From Macrostomum lignano (lineage: Eukaryota): DNA of 64,000 bases. Positions 49,101 through 61,117 of the stretch are shown piece by piece. Positions within the stretch are counted from its first letter, which is position 1, and each line of letters starts with the position of its first letter. The DNA lies in NCBI GenBank assembly GCA_002269645.1, contig NIVC01000554.1, positions 1-64,000 on the forward strand, read 5' to 3'. Below the pieces are notes generated by a model. That model saw nothing but the letters and a program-made list of their open reading frames with translations. It made no database searches and had not been told where the DNA came from. The translations under genes were made by a program, and so were the position numbers.

Positions 49101-51878
49101 ATTCACAGTAGCCATTCACAGTATTTCATTCACAGTAGCCATTCACAGTAGCCATTCACAGTATTTCATTCACAGTAGCCATTCACAGTATTTCATTCAC
49201 AATAGCCATTCACAGTAGCCATTCACAGTAATTTATTGCTACTGTCTCTAGCTGATTAGGCTGCTGAAAAGCGGCTCAAGTGAATTTCGGCCAAAGCCCC
49301 AGCATCCCGAACCCTCTGCAGCATCAAGTACTGCGGCAGCTCAGGCACTCGAGTTCGCCGCACCTCCAAGCTGAACTTTCTCTCCTCTCTGGTGGCCAGC
49401 CTGCCCAGCTGGTGGCAGCTGGCCCAGGATATCGGCGCGCTGACGCCGCCGCTGACTCAGGCGCCCCCCGCAGCGCTGTCCACCGCTGTCCGGGCCGTTG
49501 TCCAAGCCGGCCGAGCTCTGTCCACCGCGGCCGACCAGCCGGCCAAGGACGGTCGCCATTCCGACGCTGTGGAACGCGAGCGAACCTACTGGGGTGTCAC
49601 CGTTGTCCGTCTGCAGCTTCGAGCTGGTGAACTCATCTCGAGCGGCTTGCCCGACTCCTCAACCGAGGCCGCTCTCGCCCTCGCCCTCGACGCTTTGGCC
49701 GGCTGTCGCGATGCCGCTATCGCTGAATCGTCTCTGCTGCCACTGGCTGAAGCTGCCGCCAATCTGCCAGCCTTGGCTGCCAACGCCGCCCCGATGCTGC
49801 TGGGACCGCTGGTGCGCCTCACTGCTGCCTGCGTCACCGCCGCCGCTGCGCCTGCTAGCGTACAGGTTTGTAGGGGAGAACGGAATGCACCGTTATGTGG
49901 ATGGTTACCGTGTGGGATTTAGTGTAGTTTCCGTGTGGATTTAGTGTAGTTTCCGTGTGGAATTTCGTGTAGTTTCCGTGTGGGATTTAGTGTAGTTTCC
50001 GTGTGGGATTTAGTGTAGTTTCCGTGTGGGATTTAGTGTAGTTTCCGTGTGGGATTTTGTGTAGTTTCCGTGTGGGATTTAGTGTAGTTTCCGTGTGGGA
50101 TTTAGTGTAGTTTCCGTGTGGGATTTAGTGTAGTTTCCGTGTGGGATTTAGTGTTGTTTCTAAGTGGGAGTTTTGGTAATGGTAGTCTCTAGGGGGGATT
50201 TTTACTGTATAACTAGGATTGTTTTTGGTTTCATATCAGTGATATTTTCGGTTTCCATATCGGGGATACTTTCGGTTTCCATGTCGGGGATATTTCCGGT
50301 TGCCATATCGGGGATATTTCCGGTTTCCATATCCGGGATATTTCCGGGATATTTTCTAGCTCTATTTCGTTTTCCCCTATATAGACCTCCAGGCGTCTCC
50401 AAGCCGTGGCCAGTCGGCTGTGTCGAATTGTCGGACAGCGCACGCCCCCGGCCGACGCGTCCGAGCTCGGTCAGCTGGTCGGCCTGCTGCACAGCATGCT
50501 GTCCCAGTCTCTGCTGGACTTCTGGTCCGAGCCCGAGGAGCATCTGCTGGATGGTGGCGAGACCGCTTCGACCGGTGCCGAGACCGCAGCCGCCGCTGTG
50601 TCCGGATTCGCCGACCTGCTGCCCGCGGTGGCCCGTCGTCTGGCCGAGGACCCGGCCGAACTGGCCGAGCCAACCCTGCGACTGTGCGTGGCCGCGGCCG
50701 AGGCCGCCTCCGACCGGCTTCTGGCGATGCCTGAGGAGGCGTTGAATAGTCTGGCTATGGGCTGCCTGCGACCGGCTCTAGCCGGCGAGCTGGTGAGTCG
50801 GTGGGAGAATTATCCCATGAGTAGATTAGGCTTGACAATTATCCCAGGAGTAGATTGAGCTTGGGGAGAATTATCCCACGAGAAGATTGGGCTTGGGGAG
50901 AATTATCCCACGAGTAGATTGGGCTTGGAGAGAATTATCCCATGAGTAGATTGGGCTTAGGGAGAATTATCCCCGGAGTAGATTGGGCTTGGGGAGAATT
51001 ATCCCGTGAGTAGATTGGGCTGGGGAGAATTATTCCCGGAGTAGATTGGGCTGGGGAGAATTATCTCCGGAGTAGATTGGGCTTGGGGAGAATTATCCCC
51101 GGAGTAGATTGGGCTTGGGGAGAATTATCCCCGGAGTAGATTGGGCTTGGGGAGAATTATCCCCGGAGTAGATTGGGCTTGGGGAGAATTATCCCCGGAG
51201 TAGATTGGGCTTGCGGAGAATTATCCCACGAGTAGATTGAGCTTGGGGATAATTATCCCATGAGTAGATTGGGCTTGAGGAGAATTATCCCCGGAGTAGA
51301 TTGGGCTTGGGGAGAATTATCCCATGAGTAGAATACGTATAAGTAGAATAAAATGAGATAACTGTCTCATTCTCCCGCAGCCCTCGGACAGTCGCCGACT
51401 TGCCTGCGAATGCGTGTCCGCCTTGGCCCTGTCCGGCTGGCCGCTGTCGGGCCGCCACGCCGGTCCGCTGCTGGCCGCCCTGCTCTGCCCCCAGTCGAAC
51501 TCGGCGCCATCGGACCCGGCCGCCGCCGCCGCCTCCCTGGACGGTTTGGACTCGGGCGGCTCGCTGGTGTCGGACGCCGTCTTGGCCCTCTGTCTGGCCG
51601 ACCCGGCCGCGTTTGCCGCTCTGGCCGACGCTTGGCTGATTAGCGACGGCGGCAGCTCCACAGACGAGCGTCGGCGTGAGCGCCTTGGCGACGCTCTGAA
51701 CCAGCTGGCCACCGGCGTCGCCGAAGCCGCCGCCGCTTCGTCGCGTACGGCGCCGTCCGGCTCAGTGAATGGTGCCGGCGCTCAGTCGCGTCGATTTCCC
51801 GACAGGCCGGCCCGGTTGGCTTTTGCTGAACAGTTCGAAATGTTTCTGGTTCGGCTGCGGGCCATTGCGATCGTGTGA
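44214..51878 (+). CDS. XPO4: Exportin-4; join(44214..44534,45555..45944,46416..46995,47396..48048,48298..48548,49400..49865,50385..50792,51381..51878), ~1188 aa
   Basis: Motifs colinear with XPO4: AELERA..AERQSA..FEAA..LLREW..VFVREQ|VLLAV, LRPNDNWRTVLLDS, CISQLASLSG, RLAPPDG, SEDAHWLLLVVG, LDETLYDTIS..AFGQD, SWWQLA. Seven GT-AG introns with compatible phases 0,0,1,0,2,0,0. Confidence 0.9.
44550..45465. repeat. 21-bp G-rich minisatellite (gtgggattgggtaggtggggt) in XPO4 intron 1
   Basis: Direct reading. Confidence 0.96.
46040..46350. repeat. (TCAA)n microsatellite in XPO4 intron 2
   Basis: Direct reading. Confidence 0.96.
47041..47270. repeat. 20-bp minisatellite (gagtaggctggtgtgggttt) in XPO4 intron 3
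   Basis: Direct reading. Confidence 0.95.
48078..48275. repeat. Degenerate repeat with core ttttcgatacatatcggg in XPO4 intron 4
   Basis: About six dispersed copies of the core. Confidence 0.8.
48590..49230. repeat. 13/14-bp repeat (attcacagtagcc / attcacagtatttc) in XPO4 intron 5
   Basis: Direct reading. Confidence 0.95.
49905..50352. repeat. 23-bp array (tttagtgtagtttccgtgtggga) plus a short atatcggggatatttccggtt repeat in XPO4 intron 6
   Basis: Direct reading. Confidence 0.92.
50802..51332. repeat. 32-bp minisatellite (ggggagaattatccccggagtagattgggctt) in XPO4 intron 7
   Basis: Period measured 51088 to 51120. Confidence 0.95.
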
Positions 51879-51927
51879 CTGGCTGGTGGGCTTTCGCGCG
51901 TTAATCGACAAGTTTTGTAGAAGTTCA

Positions 51928-52310
51928 GCCCCCTTAAGTTGGCGCTCAATCATCATGAATTGGCGCTCAACCATCATCATGAATTGGCGCTCAATCATCA
52001 TCATGAATTGGCGCTCAATCATCATGAATTGGCGCTCAATCGTCATGAATTGGCGCTCAATCATCATCATGAATTGGCGCTCAATCATCATAAATTGGAG
52101 CTCAATCATCATCATGAATTGGCGCTCAATCATCATCATGAATTGGCGCTCAATCATCATAAATTGGAGCTCAATCATCATCATGAATTGGCGCTCAATC
52201 ATCATCATGAATTGGCGCTCAATCATCATGAATTGGCGCTCAATCATCATCATTAATTGGCGCTCAATCATCATGAATTGGCGCTCAATCATCATCATCA
52301 ATTGGCGCTT
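51928..52310. repeat. 21/24-bp repeat (aattggcgctcaatcatcat[cat]g) just 3' of the XPO4 stop
   Basis: Direct reading. Confidence 0.95.
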
Positions 52311-52819
52311 AAATTTTTTAAATTTCTGAAATCTAAGATCGGCGCCTAAAGCAGCGAAGTTGGCTCCCAAACCAAATTTATTTATTGGTATCTCAGCAGA
52401 ATCTATATCCTTTAATAATTCCAAATATACTAATTCTCAAATTCTGTTGAGTAAATTTCGCCTAAAATATCGTTAGTGCCCCAATTCTCTACTTTTTGTC
52501 AGTAGTTTTGTATTTGTTTTAAAGTTTTTAATGCATAAAGTTTTTGAGCTGAAAAATCGATTAATTTGAGTCAGGAGAATCTATCATTTACCTGTTTTGC
52601 ATTGCAAATTCAAATTCATTGTTAATTCTATAATTCGATCCACGGGTAATTAAAAATCCATCACGATTTTTTATTTCTGTTCCAAAATTTTAACATTCTG
52701 CTAACATTTCGAATTTATTGTAAGTTCGGTGTCAGGCAAGAAAGTTTTAGGAAACATTTTCTGCGTTTTGTGTCTCAATTTACTGCTTGAATTTGCTTTC
52801 AGTTGCATCTGTACTTGTG

Positions 52820-54022
52820 TCAGTGGCGTGCCCTCCTTCATACCTTCCGATCCCCTTCAGCGGGTATTACCCTCCTTCATACCCTCCGGTCCCTTCAGCG
52901 GGTATACCCTCCTTCATACCCTCTGGTCCCTTCAGCGGGTATTACCCTCCTTCATACCCTCCGGTCCCTTCAGCGGGTATACCCTCCTTCATACCCTCCG
53001 ATCCCTTCAGCGGGTATACCCTCCTTCATACCCTCCGATCTCCTTCAGCGGGTATTGCCCTCCTTCATACCCTCTGATCCCTTCAGCGGGTATTGCCCTC
53101 CTTCATACCCTCTGATCCCTTCAGCGGGTATACCCTCCTTCATACCCTCTGATCCCTTCAGCGGGTATTGCCCTCCTTCATACCCTCTGATCCCTTCAGC
53201 GGGTATACCCTCCTTCATACCCTCCGATCCCTTCAGCGGGTATTACCCTCCTTCATACCCTCTGATCCCTTCAGCGGGTATACCCTCCTTCATACCCTCC
53301 GATCCCTTCAGTGGGTATACCCTCCTTCATACCCTCCGATCCCTTCAGTGGGTATTACCCTCCTTCATACCCTCCGATCCCTTCAGCGGGTATTACCCTC
53401 CTTCATACCCTCCGATCCCCTTCAGCGGGTATTACCCTCCTTCATACCCTCCGATCCCTTTAGCGGGTATTACCCTCCTTCATACCCTCCGATCCCTTCA
53501 GCGGGTATTACCCTCCTTCATACCCTCTGATCCCTTCAGCGGGTATTACCCTCCTTCATACCCTCTGATCCCTTCAGCGGGTATTACCCTCCTTCATACC
53601 CTCCGATCCCCTTCAGCGGGTATACCCTCCTTCATACCCTCTGATCCCTTCAGCGGGTATACCCTCCTTCATACCCTCCGATCCCTTCAGCGGGTATTAC
53701 CCTCCTTCATACCCTCCGATCCCTTTTGCGGGTATTACCCTCCTTCATACCCTCCGATCCCTTCAGTGGGTATACCCTCCTTCATACCCTCTGATCCCTT
53801 CAGCGGGTATTACCCTCCTTCATACCCTCCGATCCCCTTCAGCGGGTATACCCTCCTTCATACCCTCTGATCCCTTCAGCGGGTATACCCTCCTTCATAC
53901 CCTCCGATCCCTTTTGCGGGTATTACCCTCCTTCATACCCTCCGATCCCTTCAGTGGGTATACCCTCCTTCATACCCTCCGATCCTTTCAGCGGGTATAC
54001 CCTCCTTCATACCCTCCGATCA
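52820..54022. repeat. 37-39-bp minisatellite (ccctccttcataccctccgatcccttcagcgggtat[t]a) x~31
   Basis: Periods measured 52831, 52870, 52907. Confidence 0.96.
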
Positions 54023-54884
54023 TTGATTTTTCTGCTTAATTCCTACTTCAACTAATTGTGTTGGTTAATTTTTTCGCTGCTTAAATTCGGTAACTGGGTT
54101 TTTCTGTCGCATTTTTGCTTAACAACGGCACCCCCTCCAACCCATCCATTGGATGCGACCTCACACAACTCGGTAATGCTTTTATCCGTGCCAAGTGCCC
54201 CGCTGCTGTCCTTGTCATATTTAGCAGTCCTGGACTCCCGCGGTGTTCAGTGCGCTTGTTTTACAATCTGTCTACCCATAAATCATCCGCTCTACATTAA
54301 CTATGACTCATTATAACCCGGCGTTGCGATATATTTTTTTGAGTTTATTTTTTAACTTCTACGGCAAACTTTCATATACATGCATCCAACAGTGTATCGT
54401 GTGCCCGTGTGTCTTAACCCATTAATAATTTCACCTGTGCTTGTCCGACTGTTGAGAAGGTCTGGTCAGTTTCCTTGTATAAATTATTAAAATTGTTATT
54501 ATTGTTTCTGTAAACTCGAATAATATTCATCCTATTAGCTATCTTTGTGATGAGGAATCTTTCGGTTAGCTTTATGTATTTTCTAGTTATTAACAATTGT
54601 TGGGCGTAAATAGTTTCTATATTAATTACTTTATAATTAATTACCATCCTTAACTTTTGTACCTAGCAAGTCATTAGCAACTGTTGTAAAGTGTAATGCT
54701 GCTTAGTAACTGTATCAAAGGCTGGAATTGAAAATTAATAAATCAAATAACAGGCAATTGCTTGCATGCTAAGTTGCTACCAACTGAAGTTCCCAAATTT
54801 TTTTCTATTTAATTCGTAAGTTGACTGGTGACTTCCTCATTTTCAGCTTCCCGCGCTTCTGTCGCTGCTTGCTGATTGACTGGT

Positions 54885-54889
54885 CAGAC

Positions 54890-54944
<55 letters not shown>

Positions 54945-54964
54945 GACAGACAGACAGACGGACT

Positions 54965-55030
<66 letters not shown>

Positions 55031-55050
55031 GACAGACAGACAGACGGACT

Positions 55051-55120
<70 letters not shown>

Positions 55121-55140
55121 GACAGACAGACAGACGGACT

Positions 55141-55186
<46 letters not shown>

Positions 55187-55206
55187 GACAGACAGACAGA
55201 CGGACT

Positions 55207-55238
<32 letters not shown>
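54885..55238. repeat. (AGAC)n microsatellite with higher-order periodic interruptions
   Basis: Direct reading. Confidence 0.96.
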
Positions 55239-55424
55239 TTTTTTAGTTATTGCTTGTTTACATGAACTATAGTTGCATTGATTTGCATTTAAATGTCACT
55301 GTTCCAAAATCAGGCAGGAGCATGTCTTGCTTTCCCTCCAGTAAATGTGACCTGGCCAGAATTTTAATATCGTTGGCTGGTCTATTAGCAGCATAAATCA
55401 GTAATTCAGAATTCGTTGTTCAGT

Positions 55425-56312
55425 ACTCAGTGAGCAGTCTCATAACTGGCTCTGTCACTCAGTGAGCAGTTTCATAACTGGCTCTGTCACTCAGTGAGCA
55501 GTCTCATAACTGGCTCTGTCAGTCAGTGAGCAGTCTCATAACTGGCTCTGTCAGTCACTCAGTGAGCAGTCTCATAACTGGCTCTGTCAGTCACTCAGTG
55601 AGCAGTCTCATAACTGGCTCTGTCACTCAGTGAGCAGTCTCATAACTGGCTCTGTCACTCAGTGAGCAGTCTTATAACTGGCTCTGTCACTCAGTGAGCA
55701 GTCTCATAACTGGCTCTGTCAGTCACTCAGTGAGAAGTCTCATAACTGGCTCTGTCAGTCACTCAGTGAGCAGTCTCATAACTGGCTCTGTCAGTCACTC
55801 AGTGAGCAGTCTCATAACTGGCTCTGTCACTCAGTGAGCAGTCTCATAACTGGCTCTGTCAGTCACTCAGTGAGCAGTCTCATAACTGGCTCTGTCAGTC
55901 ACTCAGTGAGCAGTCTCATAACTGGCTCTGTCAGTCACTCAGTGAGCAGTCTCTTAACTGGCTCTGTCAGTCACTCAGTGAGCAGTCTCATAACTGGCTC
56001 TGTCAGTCACTCAGTGAGAAGTCTCTTAACTGGCTCTGTCAGTCACTCAGTGAGCAGTCTCATAACTGGCTCTGTCAGTCACTCAGTGAGAAGTCTCTTA
56101 ACTGGCTCTGTCAGTCACTCAGTGAGCAGTTTCATAACTGGCTCTGTCAGTCACTCAGTGAGCAGTCTCATAACTGGCTCTGTCAGTCACTCAGTGAGCA
56201 GTCTCATAACTGGCTCTGTCACTCAGTGAGCAGTCTCATAACTGGCTCTGTCAGTCACTCAGTGAGCAGTCTCATATCTGGCTCTGTCACTCAGTGAGCA
56301 GTCTCATAACTA
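55425..56312. repeat. 32/36-bp minisatellite (tcactcagtgagcagtctcataactggctctg[tcag])
   Basis: Direct reading. Confidence 0.95.
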
Positions 56313-57234
56313 GTTTGTTTTTACTTTGTCTCTATTTAGTTCGGATTAAGTTTTCTGTGTTAATTGTTTCTAGTTTTTAAACCTCCAAGAACACCCACAG
56401 CTGTTCATTGTTAATTAATTATTTATGAGCATCATGGTCTCAGTTCTGTGAGTGTGTGTTAAACTGCATCCACTTTCTAGTAATAAATAATAGAGAAGTT
56501 ATTGTCGTCAACTGACAGAGCAATTAAAGTTTTGCATTGCTATTACGAGCTATATTCTATTGGCTGTTATATCGCTAAGCTTCAGTATTTAGAGTTCAAG
56601 TTCGTATCAATCTCGTGAGCGCGCGCCTCTCCTGGGACACGAGGAATGGGGAGAGAAAAGTGTTGCATTGCAATTACAGATCCCTAGCTGTTCGTTTGTC
56701 CTCTCGATAAAATATTAACACGTGTAGCTTCAATGTGGAGAAAAAGCTCATGTGTCTCGGGACCAGCGTCTATTGATTGATTTAAACATGCGAGTCTTTC
56801 GTGTGTGGGACAGGGGGTGTTTGCCAGGCAATTGCTGCATTTTTATGTTCTGAACCTGTGTCTCTATTTTTCACTCTCTACTCTCGACAGGTCTTCGGCG
56901 GCTCTGATGCATGAGCACTTGAAAGGCTCTGCCGCAGAGCTAGAATCTTCGATAGCATGTCTGCCCGACCAATGGCATCAGTTGGGGCAACTGGCATGCC
57001 ATACTGCTATAATAGCTGGGCTGCTGGGTATCGGGGTTGGGACTGCGTACCCAGTTGTCGATTCTCGAAGCTATACGATCGTCGGGTTCTGTCTGTCCTA
57101 TAAAGGAAATCAATTGTTATTTTTCACTAGAAGCTCTGTAAGCCGGCTTTGAACGGTAAAAATCTGGATAATTGATTGAGACCCTGTAATCTTCTCTAAG
57201 CTTTAGGCCACTCTAACCTAAACTTATTGCAGCT

Positions 57235-57718
57235 TGACCCTAATGTTTCCCTAACCCTACTGTTGCCCTAACCCTAATGTAGCCTTAACCCTACTGTTGC
57301 CCTAACCCTACTGTTGCCCTAACCCTACTGTTGCCCTAACCCTACTGTTGCCCTAACCCTACTGTTGCCCTAACCCTAATGTAGCCTTAACCCTACTGTT
57401 GCCCTAACCCTACTGTTGCCCTAACCCTACTGTTTCCCTAACCCTACTGTTTCCCTAACCCTACTGTTGCCCTAACCCTACTGTTGCCCTAACCCTACTG
57501 TTGCCCTAACCCTAATGTAGCCTTAACCCTACTGTTGCCCTAATCCTAATGTAGCCTTAACCCTACTGTTGCCCTAACCCTAATGTTGCCCTAACCCTAA
57601 TGTAGCCCTAACCCTAATGTAGCCCTAACCCTAATGTAGCCCTAACCCTAATGTAGCCCTAACCCTAATGTAGCCCTAACCCTAATGTAGCCCTAACCCT
57701 AATGTAGCCCTAACCCTT
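57235..57718. repeat. 17-bp interstitial telomere-like minisatellite (ccctaaccctactgttg / ccctaaccctaatgtag)
   Basis: Each unit contains 1-2 CCCTAA hexamers. Confidence 0.93.
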
Positions 57719-57817
57719 CTGTTCAAGCCCCCGCTTAGTCAACCAACAACTTCATCGCAGTAGAAACATTTTTTCCGCATTCTGTTCGCCTCAGGAAATT
57801 AGCCCAGCACCCGCGGC

Positions 57818-58159
57818 ATGTCCTCAGCAGCGCTGCGTCACCTCTTCGCCCTGAGCCTGGCCGTCTGCGGCCTCGCCCTGCTAATGATGACGTCATCGAC
57901 AACGTCGTCCGCGGCATTTGCGGCTCCGACATCCAGGCGGCAGCAGCGGAGCGGCCTGCTGGACCATCGGTACGTTACCTTCAAGAAGAAAAGCGACCGC
58001 GCCTACAACAGCGACATCGACCGGATGCTGTCGATAAAGCGAAACAGAGGCGGCGGCGACTTCGACAAGCTGATGAAGCAGCTGGAGATGCTGAATTCGA
58101 ATGGAGCGCCGCCGAATTTCGATTCGATGATTTTCCGACTGAGAAGGGGAAAAAACTGA
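57818..58159 (+). CDS. Candidate neuropeptide/prohormone precursor (113 aa)
   Basis: Hydrophobic signal LFALSLAVCGLALLMM; basic cleavage sites RR, KKK, KR; C-terminal RR-G-K; GC-rich codon style; upstream acceptor-like ttccgcattctgttcgcctcag. Confidence 0.62.
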   Translation: MSSAALRHLFALSLAVCGLALLMMTSSTTSSAAFAAPTSRRQQRSGLLDHRYVTFKKKSDRAYNSDIDRMLSIKRNRGGGDFDKLMKQLEMLNSNGAPPNFDSMIFRLRRGKN

Positions 58160-60508
58160 CCGATGAAGCATTATTGAGCTGCTCATGGGCAAGACTTGGA
58201 TGATAAAAGACTCGAACTGCATGTACACTCTGTAGCTGCAACCCAATATTCTGCAGCTGTTGAAAACCATCGTTTGATTCTAAAAAAACAGCAACAAATT
58301 CTGGTGGTTTGAATTTCGATCATTAATAAAATATTAATGCAGTTGATAATTATTAACAGTATGTTTTTGATTTTCCATTTTTTTACTATAATAGACAGCT
58401 GGGTTTCCATGCGCGCGAGCGGGTTTTTCTGAACTCACTGCTGTTTTTGTGACTCGCCATTTATCTTGATTAGTGAATATCCTTGATATTTGCCTTCGTA
58501 AAAATAGCTGACAAGGTAAATGCATAGCACGGGCGTAGTATCTAGTAGTCCGCCATGCTGCTCTTGCTTATCCAGAAGAAGCGGATGGCAATTCAATTTG
58601 AGGCGGCGCTATCGGGACACGCAAACCCGCAATTCGATATATTTGTTTGGACTAATCGAGAATATTTATTGTATAAGATTTATTGGTGTGTGCGTGTGTG
58701 TGTGTGTAGCTGCATGAATTAAATGGCATTCAAGTGGTCTTGAAGACTGAGCACCATTGCATGAATACCTAGTCACTTTCAGTTGAGCATGCTTGAGTTG
58801 GAGAGAGAGAAAGAGAGATGCTGCTTTTGTCTCAAAAGATTTCATTTAATTAACTGCCTTATTGTTGAGTGCTCCTTTTATCCTTTTATTTTGGACGGTT
58901 TTCAGTCATGCGTGAAAATTGCCAATGCAATCCTCGTATATATGTATGTGTAATTAAATTGGACTTGAATACTTTCAGCTCCTTCAAGTATGCAATCGCT
59001 TCCTGCAGATAGGCGAGTTGCCAGTTGAGAGCACTCTAAAATCGGCTCTCTTCTGGATCAGTTCTAATCGGTTGAGACCATGTGTTACATGTACACATCA
59101 TAAACATGTAGATGGTTCATACATGTAAAATGTACATGTAATGTGTACCCTCATGTACTTGACATGTGCACATTGTACATTGGAAATTAAATTACGCTGA
59201 ACAAAGTTACAATTCATTCATAGTGTATGTATATGCACTAGCTATTTATTGAACTAGTTGGGTTTATTTATGCATTGTTCATTTAATTGTGTCGAACTGT
59301 GTCGAACATAGCATGTAAATATCGAATCGTGCGCGTGAAAAAAACTGTACATATGTATAGAATTGGTAAATTCAATTTGCATTGATCCGGAGCGGGAACA
59401 GGTACAATACATGGGCGTGTACTGCGCTGCAGTGCACTTGTACATGCATTTCTCAAGGACGACTTAATTAATGTTACACGTAATCGTCCTTAAGCCATGC
59501 TTAATTATAATTAGTAGTCCTTGATGTTTTTTATCTTCAGTACATAACTTTCTATTTCCTACAGTTTTATTTCTTCTTTTAAAAAATTACACATTAGCAT
59601 TAGCATCTCACAATTTTCCGTACAATTTTATTGAATACGGACGTAAAGCATTCTATATATCACAATATACTAAATCTCTAAGGTTTGACCGGTATTCCAG
59701 TCTACAGCCTGAATGCCTGAACCGATTTTTTTCAAACTTGCTTTATTCAACTCAATCTAAATATACTAAATCTCTAAGGTTTGTATGCTTGTACTATACT
59801 ATATCCGCCCTGAATAAAACAATGAAAGTCTATAATTAGCTACTGAAATTTAGCTGCGTCAGTAAATAAATTTATACTTTGATTGTATAATTTCCGCTTA
59901 ATTTAAAGTTCATTTAATTTTAAACAGCTTAGCTATTTGCTTCCCTCGCGAATAAACTGGACATCTAATGAGTTCATCATCTTTATATGAACTGTTCTAT
60001 AAATACGAAATTTGTAATTCCAACTTTCCTCGAAAGAAATCAGTTAAAAATGAATCACGTGTGTTTTTATCTCTTGCTTTTGACAACGGCCTGTGGAATG
60101 TTATTTACCTTTCTACCGAGAATTTCAGCCCAGCTTTGGAAATTTTCAGTAAGTTATTGACCTAAATATATTTCAATGAAGCCATTTTCATTGCTAATAA
60201 GGGGCTCAAAAGTTTTTAAGTTAGGCCAAAGTTTAGGCGTAGGCCTAACAAACGTTTGACAAGCCAAACAAAGATTCACATAAAAGTATTTCTTCCCCTT
60301 TAGTAACCGACATTGATGAACAATTAAAATATTAAAAGAATTCATTTCAGCTAGGGCCTATATAGAATTGAGAACAGATTCAGACAACTGGAATATAGCA
60401 CAAAATTTAGTTGTAAAATTGTTATTACTCATCAGCAGTTGTAGTGTCTTGTGTTTTAGTTGGTTGCTTGGGTCGGTTCCATAATGAACATCAGTAATCT
60501 ATATTATA

Positions 60509-61117
60509 CACTCAGCAACAGTCAACAGAGCAACAGAGAGGCGACTTCTCTCTCACCTCAACGGCAAGTGACGTAACTTGCGCCACAGCGTGGCTAAAGC
60601 TGGGTGAGAGTGAATGCAGGAGAAGGCAATCAGGGGATGCCTTATCTGCTTCTTTCACCCCACATTAGATGGAGCAAGGTGGCTGGCACAGCACAGTTGG
60701 AGTTCGCCTGACAATCTGCAGCAGACGTCGATTTGCCTTGGCTTTTGAGCTGCGGAGATCATGGCGCTGGCTGCCTATGGCTGCGTGCTAAACACTACCA
60801 GTATCTTGGGACTTAGTTAACAGCACTCGAATTTTCAATTGTTGAACATGATCGGCTGCACGTGATGGATGCACCAGCTTCTAGCATGCCAACAGTGCGC
60901 CATTGTTCAGCATCTGTCATATGCCTGACCATTGTCACGTGTACAGTGAATTGAATGTTGCACCCCCAACCCCAACCCTAGTCCCTTTTGTACTCTCACC
61001 CTGGAATTCACTCATACCCAGCTTTAGCCATGCTGTGGTGCAAGTTATGTCACTTGCAGTTGAGGTGAGAGAGAAGTCGCCTCTTGGTAGGGTGGTAGTT
61101 TTGACTGTTGCTGAGTG
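60509..61117. mobile_element. Non-autonomous Tc1/mariner-type element (609 bp) with ~110-bp TIRs
   Basis: Left cactcagcaacagtcaa...gaggcgacttctctctcacctcaac.gcaagtgac.taacttgc.ccacagc.tggctaaagctggg is inverted at ~61003-61117; TA on both sides (60507-08, 61118-19). Confidence 0.85.

Noticed and set aside
49260-49399. Apparent XPO4 frameshift or extra coding segment before exon 6
   Set aside because: A branch-like gctgaac, pyrimidine tract and ccag at 49399 give a phase-2 junction (ERRDC-LPSWW) colinear with XPO4, so no frameshift is needed.
51762-53870. Poly-His (HHHELALN) and PSYP/PSDP repeat ORFs
   Set aside because: Translations of minisatellites 3' of XPO4.
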